A stretch of 64,000 nt of DNA from Candidatus Magasanikiibacteriota bacterium (GCA_030650025.1 JAUSEN010000015.1:13728-77727); one strand, 5' to 3'; positions 1 through 9,226 are shown, numbered from the stretch's first letter. The notes: generated from the letters alone by a model not told the origin. A program made the numbers and translations.

Positions 1-4
1 AGCG

Positions 5-598
5 ATGGGGCGGCCGAGCCAGTTGCTAGATTATTTTTTTCAAGCTAATGGCCTCACCATCACCCTTTCCGGCACTGATGTTGATTATGAGTTTTTGGAA
101 GCTGATCCCAAACTGGCCTGTTCCGAAAGCGAAGTGGCCAATATCTTAGCTTTTGTCAGCGGTCAAAATTCTGGCGTTAAAGATTCGAGCGCGTCAACTC
201 CCACTGCTAAGCCGCCAACGCCAAAAACAGAATCTGAAATCAACCCCACGGCCGCGGATTGTTGCGAAATCATTGTAGCTAGTGTGGTTGGCGCTATCGA
301 AACTAAATCCGGCCAGTCTATTGGCGTTGATGATCGCCTCCAAGTTGGAGACAAGCTTTACACGGTTGATGGCGAACTAGTAATCGGCGTCATTTGCGAC
401 GATGATCCAAATAACGTTAAGATTTTTGTAGTTTCAGCGAGCGAACCAACCGAAATATCTATCATAAAAGGAGCGGACGGCAAACCGGCTGTGAAAACTG
501 ATCCTGGTGAGGCCAAAACTTCCATAAAACAATTACCTCAATTCGCCACCGATTTCCAAGTCAGCACCCCGCGTTTGGTGTGCAGTGTGCGCGGCTAA
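5..598 (+). CDS. C-terminal part of a hypothetical (probably secreted) protein ending in a FecR-like segment; 5' end likely outside the window
   Basis: ORF runs from the window edge; Pro/Thr linker, then beta-rich region ending FQVSTPRLVCSVRG, resembling the FecR F-x-V-x-TP...GVRGT motif. Confidence 0.45.
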   Translation: MGRPSQLLDYFFQANGLTITLSGTDVDYEFLEADPKLACSESEVANILAFVSGQNSGVKDSSASTPTAKPPTPKTESEINPTAADCCEIIVASVVGAIETKSGQSIGVDDRLQVGDKLYTVDGELVIGVICDDDPNNVKIFVVSASEPTEISIIKGADGKPAVKTDPGEAKTSIKQLPQFATDFQVSTPRLVCSVRG

Positions 599-1141
599 CT
601 AGCGTTTCATCTTGTTCAGGCTCACGCTCACGACGTATTGGTTAGCGCCTTCTTCGGTATTATCGCCGCAGGTAACCGTCAAACCAGCGTCGGATTTTGT
701 AAAACTCCTAATCATTACTTTTTCCACGTCCATCTCGTAACTATCGGATTTTTCCCAACCGGCTTTGGCCAAAAGTTCTAGTTGGGCCGCGCACACTGCC
801 TTATAATCATTACTCTCGACTTCATAAGAAAACAGGCCACTACCGCTCGAGCCCACCCAAAAAAAGTTTTTCGCGCTCGGGGTGCTGGGCAAATCAGCCG
901 GTGCGGATTCCGGCCGAGAGTTATTGCCGCCAACCGACAAAGAACCATCCTTGCCCTTAATTGTGACATTGCCTTGCCCATCCGTATTAAAATCAACTTT
1001 ATTGCCACTGGCCTTTTCAATGGCTTTTTCCGCGGCCCGCTCGGCCAGATTTTGTGTGGGGTTGCAACCGGCTCCGGTTAGTAAAATCATTATGGGCAGA
1101 GCCACTAACCCCACCCAAGCATTGCGAGAAAACTTGCTCAT
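599..1141 (-). CDS. hypothetical lipoprotein
   Basis: Signal peptide with LTGAG-C lipobox, then a polar soluble domain. Confidence 0.7.
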   Translation of the reverse strand: MSKFSRNAWVGLVALPIMILLTGAGCNPTQNLAERAAEKAIEKASGNKVDFNTDGQGNVTIKGKDGSLSVGGNNSRPESAPADLPSTPSAKNFFWVGSSGSGLFSYEVESNDYKAVCAAQLELLAKAGWEKSDSYEMDVEKVMIRSFTKSDAGLTVTCGDNTEEGANQYVVSVSLNKMKR

Positions 1142-1183
1142 AAATTCAACTTAAATAATAAAACAAACTTAGTTAGTAATAAT

Positions 1184-1669
1184 TTATTTGTAGTAAGATT
1201 TAATTTGAAAGAGGAAATAAAGCGAAATGAGCCCGCTTAGCACGGCGCTAATAAGATTACCTCCGATGAGATTACTTACTAGTTGCAATAAGACAGCGTA
1301 AAAAATCAGCCGCCAAGCTTTTAGGCTTCTTTTAAATAAACCGGGGATAGCCACTGCTTCGAGGGCGATAGTCGCGGCCGCGACCACTAAGCCTAAGTAG
1401 TACCAGCTTCCCGTATAGGCCATACCGCCGAATGAATACATAAAACTCCCTAAGCCCAAGAATATCAAGATAACCGGGAGCGCAATAATAATGCCGAGCA
1501 CCGAAAGCCACGGCGCGATTTTAACGAGCAACTCCTTAATATTAGCCGGCAGACTAAACGGAGCCTTAGTTACTAAATATTGTTCCAAGATGCCCTCGAG
1601 CGATTTTACTCCCGAACCAGATAGTGGGGGAGTGGGGGCGCTTGGCGGGGTGTTGGCTACTGGATCCAT
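1184..1669 (-). CDS. hypothetical integral membrane protein (about 4 TM)
   Basis: 161-aa ORF with several hydrophobic helices and its own sigma70-like promoter. Confidence 0.7.
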   Translation of the reverse strand: MDPVANTPPSAPTPPLSGSGVKSLEGILEQYLVTKAPFSLPANIKELLVKIAPWLSVLGIIIALPVILIFLGLGSFMYSFGGMAYTGSWYYLGLVVAAATIALEAVAIPGLFKRSLKAWRLIFYAVLLQLVSNLIGGNLISAVLSGLISLYFLFQIKSYYK

Positions 1670-1697
1670 ATGATTTTCTTAATGAATTAATAACTTA

Positions 1698-1726
1698 ATT
1701 ATAATAAATTACCACTAAGAGTGCAA
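1698..1726 (-). promoter_or_regulatory. sigma70-type promoter TTGCAC-17-TATAAT
   Basis: Near-consensus -35/-10 with 17-bp spacer upstream of 1184..1669. Confidence 0.6.
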
Positions 1727-1783
1727 GTGGTATTTTATAAAAGAAGGCTTTGTTTAGATCGCGAAGCGTTAGGCCAAGAATTG

Positions 1784-1856
1784 TGGGACGGCTGGGGTTC
1801 GAACCCAGGACCTTATCCTTAAAAGGGATCTGCTCTACCAGCTGAGCTACCGTCCC
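1784..1856 (-). tRNA. tRNA-Lys(UUU), CCA not encoded
   Basis: GGGACGG acceptor, AGCTCAGCTGGTAGAGC D-arm, CT-TTT-AA anticodon loop, GGTTCGAAC T-loop. Confidence 0.95.
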
Positions 1857-2011
1857 GATAAATTACACTGACGATTAACTTAAACTTACTAAAAAAACTG
1901 TAATTTTCCTATTTAATAAGTAGACTTTTAATGCTCTAGATGATATACTAAAGCCACTAAAAATGCAAGAGCTTATTTAAGGCGCTTGAGTTATTTAATT
2001 ATAGCAAATAT

Positions 2012-2584
2012 ATGTTAAATAAGAAATATTTCACGACTATCCGTCAAGATCTGTTAGCGTACGCCGAAAAAAGGCGCGAAGTGATTAAAGCCGCGGGGGA
2101 TGCCCAGCATGCCGCCAAAAAGACGATTTTTGCCTTGCAAAGAGATGATCTTAAGGCTGGTACTGAATCTTTAGAGTACGCCAGGGAGAAGCTAACTGGT
2201 TTATACAAAAAATACCAATCCGAGCCCGATTTATTTGCCGAAGGGTCTTACCGCGCTGGTCTCGAAGAATTTGTGGAAGCGACGCTGTTTCAGCAATTTC
2301 TCGATAAGAAAAATTTAGACCAAATTAAAGGCTTGCCGATTGACAGTGACTTATTTGTTTCCGGGCTTTGCGATTTACCGGGCGAAATTTTGCGTTATGC
2401 TATTAAATTAGCCACCGCCAGAAAGCACTCTGATGTTAAAAATTGTCTTGGCGCGGTTCAGGAAATTATTAGCGAGTTAGTAGACATGGATTTAACCGGC
2501 TACAATCGCCAAAAGTTTGACCAAGCCAAGCAAGCTCTTAACAAACTAGAACAAGTTGTTTACGAGCTTAGTCTCAAACCGTAA
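2012..2584 (+). CDS. translin/TRAX family protein
   Basis: All-helical 190 aa with RRE..IK, GLEEFVEA and GLCDLPGE motifs typical of translin/TRAX. Confidence 0.8.
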   Translation: MLNKKYFTTIRQDLLAYAEKRREVIKAAGDAQHAAKKTIFALQRDDLKAGTESLEYAREKLTGLYKKYQSEPDLFAEGSYRAGLEEFVEATLFQQFLDKKNLDQIKGLPIDSDLFVSGLCDLPGEILRYAIKLATARKHSDVKNCLGAVQEIISELVDMDLTGYNRQKFDQAKQALNKLEQVVYELSLKP

Positions 2585-2597
2585 TATTGCGTTTAGT

Positions 2598-3914
2598 ATG
2601 TTGACCAAACTCAAGCGCCTTGGGCATTGGTTTATTGCCATTGGCGCCTATTGGTTTTATGGCCGCCCTTCGCGCCACCTGGTTGTTATTGGCGTGACTG
2701 GCACTAAAGGCAAGTCTTCCACCTGTAGTTTTATTGCCTCGGTTTTAAAAGCCGGCGGTTTTAAAGTCGGCCTGCTTTCCACCATTGAAATTGAGATCAA
2801 TAATGAAATAATACGAAATAAAAATCAGATGACCATGCTGGGCCGCGGCCAGATTCAAAAATATTTGGCGCGGATGCTTAAGGCCGGTTGCCAATATGCT
2901 GTGATCGAAACTTCGTCCGAGGGCATATTACAGCATCGGCATCTTGGCCTTAATTATGACATCGTTGTGTTTACGAACCTTGGCTCCGAGCATCACGAGC
3001 GCCACGGTGGTTTCCTTAATTTGAAGCGTGACAAGGGCAAAATTTTTGCTGGCCTCGAGCGCTCATTCCCAAAAATTCTGGGCGGTCGCCGGGTTAAAAA
3101 GACCATTATTGCCAATGTGGATAGCTCGGACGCGGAATATTTTCTTAAGTTTTCCGCCGCTGTTAAGCTTGGTTTTTCCATAAAAAATGCCAACCCCGGA
3201 GCCAGCGCCCTGTGTTCTCAAGTATTTACTGCCAAAAATATTAGTAGCCACGACGCGGGCGCTGACTTCGAAGTTTTTGGGAACCGCTATCATCTCGAAA
3301 TGCTTGGCGAATTTAATATTTATAACGCTCTCCCGGCCATTGCGATTGGCGACGCGATAGGGCTCGCTCCTGAACAAATTAAATTGGGGTTAAACAGCGT
3401 CAAACAAATTCTCGGACGCTTACAATTTATTAACGTTGGCCAGCCATTTTCTTTTGTGGTTGATTATGCTCACGAAGTCATAAGTTTAACCGCGCTGTTT
3501 AACGCTCTGCGCCCGCTGGTTAAGCCGCCCGGGAAGCTCATCGGCATAATCGGTTCTGATGGCGGTGGCCGTGATAAATCCAAACGTTTTAACATGGGCG
3601 CTGTCGCGGGAGAGCTTTGTGATTATGTTATCATCACAGATGTCAACCCCTGGGACGAAGATTCAGAGGAAATTGCTCAGATGTTAGCGGCCGGAGTGAG
3701 AAGTTCTGGCCAGGTGGATAATAAAAATTTGCATATAATTATTGATCGGCGTGCGGCAATCAAGGAGTCTTTTAATTTGGCTGGAGTCGGTGGCGTAGTC
3801 GCGCTCACCGCTAAAGGCACTGAAACCGCGATTATTGGTAAAAACGGCCAGCGCCTGGCTTGGGATGATGCTGGTATTGCCACTGAACTCCTGCGTCGTT
3901 TTTTAAACAATTAA
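2598..3914 (+). CDS. murE: UDP-MurNAc-tripeptide synthetase (Mur ligase)
   Basis: GVTGTKGKSS P-loop, ETSSEG, FTNL..EH, GRLQ, VDYAH, AKG motifs; ATG 2598 preferred over GTT 2556. Confidence 0.85.
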   Translation: MLTKLKRLGHWFIAIGAYWFYGRPSRHLVVIGVTGTKGKSSTCSFIASVLKAGGFKVGLLSTIEIEINNEIIRNKNQMTMLGRGQIQKYLARMLKAGCQYAVIETSSEGILQHRHLGLNYDIVVFTNLGSEHHERHGGFLNLKRDKGKIFAGLERSFPKILGGRRVKKTIIANVDSSDAEYFLKFSAAVKLGFSIKNANPGASALCSQVFTAKNISSHDAGADFEVFGNRYHLEMLGEFNIYNALPAIAIGDAIGLAPEQIKLGLNSVKQILGRLQFINVGQPFSFVVDYAHEVISLTALFNALRPLVKPPGKLIGIIGSDGGGRDKSKRFNMGAVAGELCDYVIITDVNPWDEDSEEIAQMLAAGVRSSGQVDNKNLHIIIDRRAAIKESFNLAGVGGVVALTAKGTETAIIGKNGQRLAWDDAGIATELLRRFLNN

Positions 3915-3952
3915 ATTAGCGTTAATGGCATTTTTAGTGTATAATATTATTT

Positions 3953-4360
3953 ATGCCAATGGGGGAAAAACGACAAACCAAAAATTGGCTGTTAACGCCC
4001 TGGTTTTTAGGCGGGGCGGTTGTGGTTTTTATTTTTTTGGCGATCGGTTTTGGCCGCGCTTGGTATGAACAAAAACAAATTCGCGACGCGATTGCTTCTC
4101 TCGAGCAAGAAGCCGCGCGCCTCGAATCCAAAAAAATTAAAACTCTCGAAGCGCTCAAGTTTTCGGAGTCGGATGATTTTATTGAAGCCAAAGCGCGTCT
4201 CGATCTTGATCTCGTTAAGCCCGGCGAACAAACCGCCATTATTACGCCGCGCGCTGAACCAAGTAACGCCGCGGCGTCTAGACAGAGCGGCCAAAACATG
4301 GTAAACTCTGCTGACCATAAATCCAACCTTTATTTATGGTGGCAGTATTTTTTTAAGTAA
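3953..4360 (+). CDS. septum formation initiator (FtsB/DivIC family)
   Basis: Single TM, coiled coil, FIEAKARLDLDLVKPGE motif. Confidence 0.8.
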   Translation: MPMGEKRQTKNWLLTPWFLGGAVVVFIFLAIGFGRAWYEQKQIRDAIASLEQEAARLESKKIKTLEALKFSESDDFIEAKARLDLDLVKPGEQTAIITPRAEPSNAAASRQSGQNMVNSADHKSNLYLWWQYFFK

Positions 4361-4381
4361 TTAATTATTAAAAACAAGAAT

Positions 4382-5374
4382 ATGGATAATCACGTCGTTA
4401 AATCGAATTTAAAAATATTTTTAACTGGTTTTCTTGGCTTTATTGCCGTGGCCGCAGTTTTAGCCGTTGGTTATTTGGCGTTTAGCGCCTACCGTGCCGC
4501 CCCTACTACTGGCGCCGCCGCCTCTGTGGCCAGTTTTCTCAATTTACCGGCTCTAAGCGTCAATGGCCAGTCTGTTTCTTATCGTGATTACATCTCTGAT
4601 ATGAAGGCCATCAGAATGTTTCAAGCCTTTAGCCAAAGCTCCGGCAGCCCCCTTCCGAGTTACACCGATGAGCAATTATCCGACCAAGTTATTAGCCGTT
4701 TAGCGGGCAATGTGGTTATTGAGCAAACCGCGGCTCGGCTCGTGGCTAGTGTCGCCCCCGAGGAAGTAGCCGCTTTAAAAGCCCAGCTTTTGGAAGAATA
4801 CAAAACAGTTGACGCTGTTAACGCCGAACTTATTAAGCGCTATGGTTGGGATTTAAAAACCTACGAACGCAAAGTAATGAATTCTTATCTTTTACAGCAA
4901 AGCGTAGCCGAAAAAATTTCGACTGACCCGGCCGCGCGCTCTAGCTTACTCTCTCAAGCCGAGTCAGTTTTAAAACAAATTAAAGATGGTGCTGATTTTG
5001 CGCTTTTGGCTAAGCAGTATGGCACGGATGCCACTAAAGATCAGGGTGGGGACTTAGGCTGGTTTAAAACCGGGGATATGGTGCCCCAATTCGAAACGGC
5101 GGCCTTTGCCTTGAAACTTAACCAAGTAACCGACCAACCCGTGGAATCGTCTTACGGCTTCCATTTAATAAAATTAACTGGCCGCAAGACTACCACGAGC
5201 AAAGGCGCGGACGGCAAATTAGTCGCGGCCGAAGAGATTCGCGCTAGCCACATCCTGTTTCCGTTTCCGACTTTAGAAAAATATTTAGCCAACGCTCTGA
5301 AGGACGCTAAAATTAAACTTTACATCAAGGTTCACAATCCATTTTTGAGTGTCGCCACTTCCACCCCAGTCTAG
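4382..5374 (+). CDS. PrsA/SurA-like parvulin peptidyl-prolyl isomerase
   Basis: N-terminal TM, SurA-N-like helices, FALLAKQYG..GGDLGWF..MVPQFE..YGFHLIK parvulin motifs. Confidence 0.85.
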   Translation: MDNHVVKSNLKIFLTGFLGFIAVAAVLAVGYLAFSAYRAAPTTGAAASVASFLNLPALSVNGQSVSYRDYISDMKAIRMFQAFSQSSGSPLPSYTDEQLSDQVISRLAGNVVIEQTAARLVASVAPEEVAALKAQLLEEYKTVDAVNAELIKRYGWDLKTYERKVMNSYLLQQSVAEKISTDPAARSSLLSQAESVLKQIKDGADFALLAKQYGTDATKDQGGDLGWFKTGDMVPQFETAAFALKLNQVTDQPVESSYGFHLIKLTGRKTTTSKGADGKLVAAEEIRASHILFPFPTLEKYLANALKDAKIKLYIKVHNPFLSVATSTPV

Positions 5375-5382
5375 GGGTGTTT

Positions 5383-5453
5383 GCGGGATTAGTACAGTGG
5401 TAGTATGCTTGCTTCCCAAGCAAGAGAGGCGAGTTCGATTCTCGTATCCCGCT
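5383..5453 (+). tRNA. tRNA-Gly(CCC), CCA not encoded
   Basis: GCGGGAT/ATCCCGC acceptor, CTTGC-TTCCCAA-GCAAG anticodon arm, GTTCGATT T-loop, U73. Confidence 0.95.
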
Positions 5454-5454
5454 C

Positions 5455-6054
5455 ATGAAAAATACTAAACCGCTAAAACTTCTTTCCTTTGCGCCGCTCC
5501 CCACCAAGTTCGGCGCTTTTCAAATATACGTCTTTTTAAGTAAAGATAAATTAGAACACGTGGCGTTGGTTCATGGGAAACCTCGTCAAGAGCCGGCAGT
5601 GGTGCGTGTGCATTCGCAGTGCTTAACCGGCGACACTTTTCAGTCGCGTCGGTGTGACTGTGGTTCGCAGTTAACCACCAGTTTAAAAATATTGGGCCAA
5701 TCAAAATACGGCGTCTTATTATATTTAAATCAAGAAGGGCGGGGGATCGGTCTTGCCAATAAAATCAAAACTTACAATTTGCAAGATCAAGGTTTCGACA
5801 CCGCGGACGCTAATATCAAACTTGGTTTTCCGGCCGATGCGCGCCGCTACGATATTGCCGCCGCCATGCTTAACTACCTAAAAATAAATAAAATTCTTCT
5901 CCTCACCAATAATCCGGACAAAGAATGTCAGCTTTTTTCTGCGGGCATTAAGATAGCCGGCACTTTGCCTCTCGAAATAAAACCAAACCGCGTAAACAAA
6001 AAATATCTCCAAACTAAAAAACATCGTTTTGGCCACAAACTTCGTTTGGTTTAG
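5455..6054 (+). CDS. ribA: GTP cyclohydrolase II
   Basis: LPTKFG, VRVHSQCLTGD, RCDCG, QEGRGIGL, TNNP motifs. Confidence 0.95.
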   Translation: MKNTKPLKLLSFAPLPTKFGAFQIYVFLSKDKLEHVALVHGKPRQEPAVVRVHSQCLTGDTFQSRRCDCGSQLTTSLKILGQSKYGVLLYLNQEGRGIGLANKIKTYNLQDQGFDTADANIKLGFPADARRYDIAAAMLNYLKINKILLLTNNPDKECQLFSAGIKIAGTLPLEIKPNRVNKKYLQTKKHRFGHKLRLV

Positions 6055-6055
6055 T

Positions 6056-7150
6056 ATGTCCAAAATAACCTCAACAGATTTTAAGCTTCTTTTAGAAACC
6101 CTGGAATTGGCCAAACGGGGCCAAGGTTTCGCTAATCCTAACCCCATGGTTGGCGCCGTGGTTGTGAAGCAGGGTAAAATTATTAGCACTGGATATTTTC
6201 ATGGTATTGGCAAACCTCACGCTGAAATAGAGGCTTTAAAAAATTCTAGGCAAAATGTGGCTGGCGCTACTCTCTATGTAAATATGGAGCCGCACTGTTT
6301 TTACGGCCGCACGCCGCCTTGCACTACCGCCATTATTCGTTCAAAAATTAAGCGTGTAGTTTGTATCACCGCTGATCCCAATCCGAGAGTTACTCGCCGT
6401 GGTTTTAAGGAGCTCCGCGCCGCCGGGATTAAGGTTGATATTGGTGGGCCTATTGCCGAGGCTAATAATTTAAATGAAGCTTATTTTAAGTATTTTGCGA
6501 AAAACAGGCCATTTATAGCGCTTAAGTGGGCGCAAAGCCTGGACGGTAAAATTGCCACTCGGACCCACGATTCTAAGTGGATTTCCAACGATCAATCCAG
6601 GCAATACGCGCACGTGCTGCGCGGTCAATATCAAGCCATTTTAGTCGGGAGCAATACTTTGCGTCAAGACAATCCGCATTTGGGAGCTCGCCACAAAAAA
6701 TTTCCCGATCCAGTGCGAATAATTTTAGACAGCCAATTATCTTTATCGCTTCAGGCTAGAGTATTGCGCGACAAAAATGTTATTATCGCGGCTGGAAGTT
6801 CGGCGGATAAAAATAAAGCCAGATTATTATTAAAAAAAGGATTTACACTCTGGAGTTTTTCTTCAAAACATATTCCCCTTAAACAACTTTTTAAAAAACT
6901 GTATCAAGCAAAAATTTTGAGCGTTTTAGTCGAAGGTGGCGGCGAGGTGCTCGGTTCATTCGTAGATCAAAAGTTATTTGATAAAATTCATGTTTTCGTG
7001 GCTCCCAAAATAATTGGCGGCCGGGCCGCCATCGGCAGTATTGGTGGTACAGGAGTCGCGGAGGTGAAGTTGGCTCCACAGATTAAAAATATATCTTTTA
7101 AAAATTTTAGAGATAATTTTTTAATAGAAGGCTATGCTGAAACCATCTAA
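6056..7150 (+). CDS. ribD: bifunctional pyrimidine deaminase/reductase
   Basis: NPNPMVGA, HAE, TPPC, SLDGKIA, EGGG motifs; zinc motif reads EPH-C rather than the usual EPC. Confidence 0.93.
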   Translation: MSKITSTDFKLLLETLELAKRGQGFANPNPMVGAVVVKQGKIISTGYFHGIGKPHAEIEALKNSRQNVAGATLYVNMEPHCFYGRTPPCTTAIIRSKIKRVVCITADPNPRVTRRGFKELRAAGIKVDIGGPIAEANNLNEAYFKYFAKNRPFIALKWAQSLDGKIATRTHDSKWISNDQSRQYAHVLRGQYQAILVGSNTLRQDNPHLGARHKKFPDPVRIILDSQLSLSLQARVLRDKNVIIAAGSSADKNKARLLLKKGFTLWSFSSKHIPLKQLFKKLYQAKILSVLVEGGGEVLGSFVDQKLFDKIHVFVAPKIIGGRAAIGSIGGTGVAEVKLAPQIKNISFKNFRDNFLIEGYAETI

Positions 7151-7466
7151 ATTTTTTAAAATTCGTTTTTATGTTCCTCTCGCGCATGCCGAGGTCGTGC
7201 GCTCCGCTCTCTTTGCCGCTGGCGCTGGGCAAATAGGTAATTATTCCGGGTGTAGCGCGTCCTGGCGAGCGACCGGGCGCTTTACTCCGGAATCGGGTGC
7301 CACGCCTTTTGTTGGTAAAGTTGGGCGGGAAGAAGTTGTCGAAGAAGAAGTTGTGGAAATGCTTTGCCACGAAGATATTTTGCCCCGTGCCATCAGTGTC
7401 CTAAAAAAAGCCCATCCTTATGAATCTCCGGCCATTGACATTATGCCAAGATTCGAGATAGAATAG
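7134..7466 (+). CDS. stand-alone PII-like domain of the NIF3/DUF34 (YqfO) family
   Basis: ALFAAGAGQIGNYSGCS, G.F.P..GA.PFVG and HPYESPA motifs. Confidence 0.8.
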   Translation: MLKPSKFFKIRFYVPLAHAEVVRSALFAAGAGQIGNYSGCSASWRATGRFTPESGATPFVGKVGREEVVEEEVVEMLCHEDILPRAISVLKKAHPYESPAIDIMPRFEIE

Positions 7467-7476
7467 CGCTCGCTAC

Positions 7477-7552
7477 GCCGACTTAGCTCAGCTGGTAGAG
7501 CGACGGTATCGTAAACCGTAGGTCCGGGGTTCGATTCCCCGAGTCGGCTCCA
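7477..7552 (+). tRNA. tRNA-Thr(CGU), CCA encoded
   Basis: GCCGACT/AGTCGGC acceptor, ACGGT-ATCGTAA-ACCGT anticodon arm, GGTTCGATT, ends TCCA. Confidence 0.95.
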
Positions 7553-7560
7553 GTTTATTC

Positions 7561-7590
7561 ACACCCCTCGATATTGCTCGGGGTGTTTTT
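7561..7590 (+). terminator. intrinsic terminator after tRNA-Thr
   Basis: ACACCCC...GGGGTGT stem followed by a T-tract. Confidence 0.7.
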
Positions 7591-7628
7591 AATTTCCTGA
7601 TGTGCTATAATAAACGCACCAAGATACT

Positions 7629-8312
7629 ATGATAAAATTAGAAGGGCTGAATAAACATTACCTAACCGGCAATAACCCCGCTCTGATTGATATAAATCTC
7701 CAGGTAGAGCCCGGAGAGTTTGTTTGTATTGTGGGTCAAAGCGGCGCCGGCAAAACCACCCTGGTTAAACTTTTAATTGCTGAAGAAAGACCCACGCGTG
7801 GGAAAGTGCAAATTGGTGATTGGGATATCACCAACATCGCTTCTAATGTCGTACCATATTTGCGCCGTCAAATCGGCGTGATTTTCCAAGATTTTAAACT
7901 TTTACCCAAAAAAACCGTTTTTGAAAACGTGGCTTTTGCTTTGGAAGTAGCCGGGGAATCTGGTTCCAGAATTCGATCAGTGGTGCCTCAAGTTCTCGGC
8001 ATCGTTGGGCTCGACAACAAAAAATATCGCTATCCGGGGCAACTTTCGGGCGGCGAACAACAGCGCGTAGTTATCGCTCGTTCTCTGGTTCACCGCCCGA
8101 AGCTTATCATTGCCGATGAACCGACCGGTAACTTGGACTCAATCAACACTGCCGAAATTATTGAAATATTCAAAAAAATTAATGAATTTGGCACCACGGT
8201 TTTGCTCGTCACCCATAACCGCGAAGTTGTTAATGCTCTGCGTCGCCGCGTCGTCACTTTAGCTGATGGCCGTATTATTAACGACGAACATCAAGGCAAG
8301 TATATTATTTAA
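7629..8312 (+). CDS. ftsE: cell division ABC ATPase
   Basis: GQSGAGKTT, LRRQIGVIFQDFKLL, LSGGEQQRV, ADEPTGNLD; followed by ftsX. Confidence 0.93.
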   Translation: MIKLEGLNKHYLTGNNPALIDINLQVEPGEFVCIVGQSGAGKTTLVKLLIAEERPTRGKVQIGDWDITNIASNVVPYLRRQIGVIFQDFKLLPKKTVFENVAFALEVAGESGSRIRSVVPQVLGIVGLDNKKYRYPGQLSGGEQQRVVIARSLVHRPKLIIADEPTGNLDSINTAEIIEIFKKINEFGTTVLLVTHNREVVNALRRRVVTLADGRIINDEHQGKYII

Positions 8313-8314
8313 TT

Positions 8315-9226
8315 ATGGCTCTTGGCATTCTTCGTATCATCAAATTTTCGCTTCAAGATATTGCCCGCAATATTGGCTTGTCATTCATGACAGTTTTGAT
8401 TTTAATTTTAACGCTTTTGTCGGTAAACGCTTTGTGGTCGCTCGATATTCTGACGCGCCAGGCAGTCCTGCTCACCAAAAAACAGGTTTCTCTTAGCTTA
8501 TACCTCGTGCCGGATGTAACCGACAAGCAAGTTAAGGAACTAGAGGCTTATTTAAAAAATATTAAACCAGTTTTGGCCGTTAACCTCGTGAGCCGGAGCG
8601 ATGTTTTAAAAAGTTTTCAGGATCGCCATCGCCTCACCCCGGAAATCATCGAGGCGCTCTCCGAGCTTGGCACCAACCCGTTTGGCCCTACGATTATCGT
8701 GCAAGCGGCCGAGCCTACGGATTATAAAATGATTATGGATTCTCTCAATGTGCCGGAATACGCCCGCGTCATCGAGAGCAAAAGTTTTGCCGAGCACGAG
8801 GACGCGCTCGAGCGCCTGCAAAATATTACTAACCGCGTGGAACGAGTAGGTTACAGCCTGACGGTTTTGTTTGCGATTATATCATTTCTTATTATCTTCA
8901 ACACCATTCGCGTCGCCATTTACACCCACCGCGTTGAAATTAGCATTAAACGATTAGTAGGGGCGAATAATTGGTTTATCCGGGGGCCCTATATTGTGGA
9001 GTCGTTTATCTTCACCATTATTAGCGTGGCGGCCACAATGGGGCTAGTTTACCTCGCCCTACAGTGGCTTGATCCTTATTTAAGTGTTATTTTTCCGGAC
9101 AATTTCTCCTTGACAAATTACTATTCTTCTCATAAACTCTCTTTGTTTGGCGCCCAGTCTTTGGCTGTCCTCATTCTGACTCTAGTCTCGAGCAGCCTCG
9201 CCATGCGCAAAGAATTAAAGGTGTAA
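8315..9226 (+). CDS. ftsX: cell division permease
   Basis: 4-TM FtsX topology, NTIRVAI...EISIKRLVGA..WFIRGP motif. Confidence 0.9.
   Translation: MALGILRIIKFSLQDIARNIGLSFMTVLILILTLLSVNALWSLDILTRQAVLLTKKQVSLSLYLVPDVTDKQVKELEAYLKNIKPVLAVNLVSRSDVLKSFQDRHRLTPEIIEALSELGTNPFGPTIIVQAAEPTDYKMIMDSLNVPEYARVIESKSFAEHEDALERLQNITNRVERVGYSLTVLFAIISFLIIFNTIRVAIYTHRVEISIKRLVGANNWFIRGPYIVESFIFTIISVAATMGLVYLALQWLDPYLSVIFPDNFSLTNYYSSHKLSLFGAQSLAVLILTLVSSSLAMRKELKV

Noticed and set aside
1712-1969. CCACTAAGAGTGCAAG / CCACTAAAAATGCAAG repeat flanking tRNA-Lys
   Set aside because: Both copies coincide with candidate -35 regions of minus-strand promoters; no sign of an insertion
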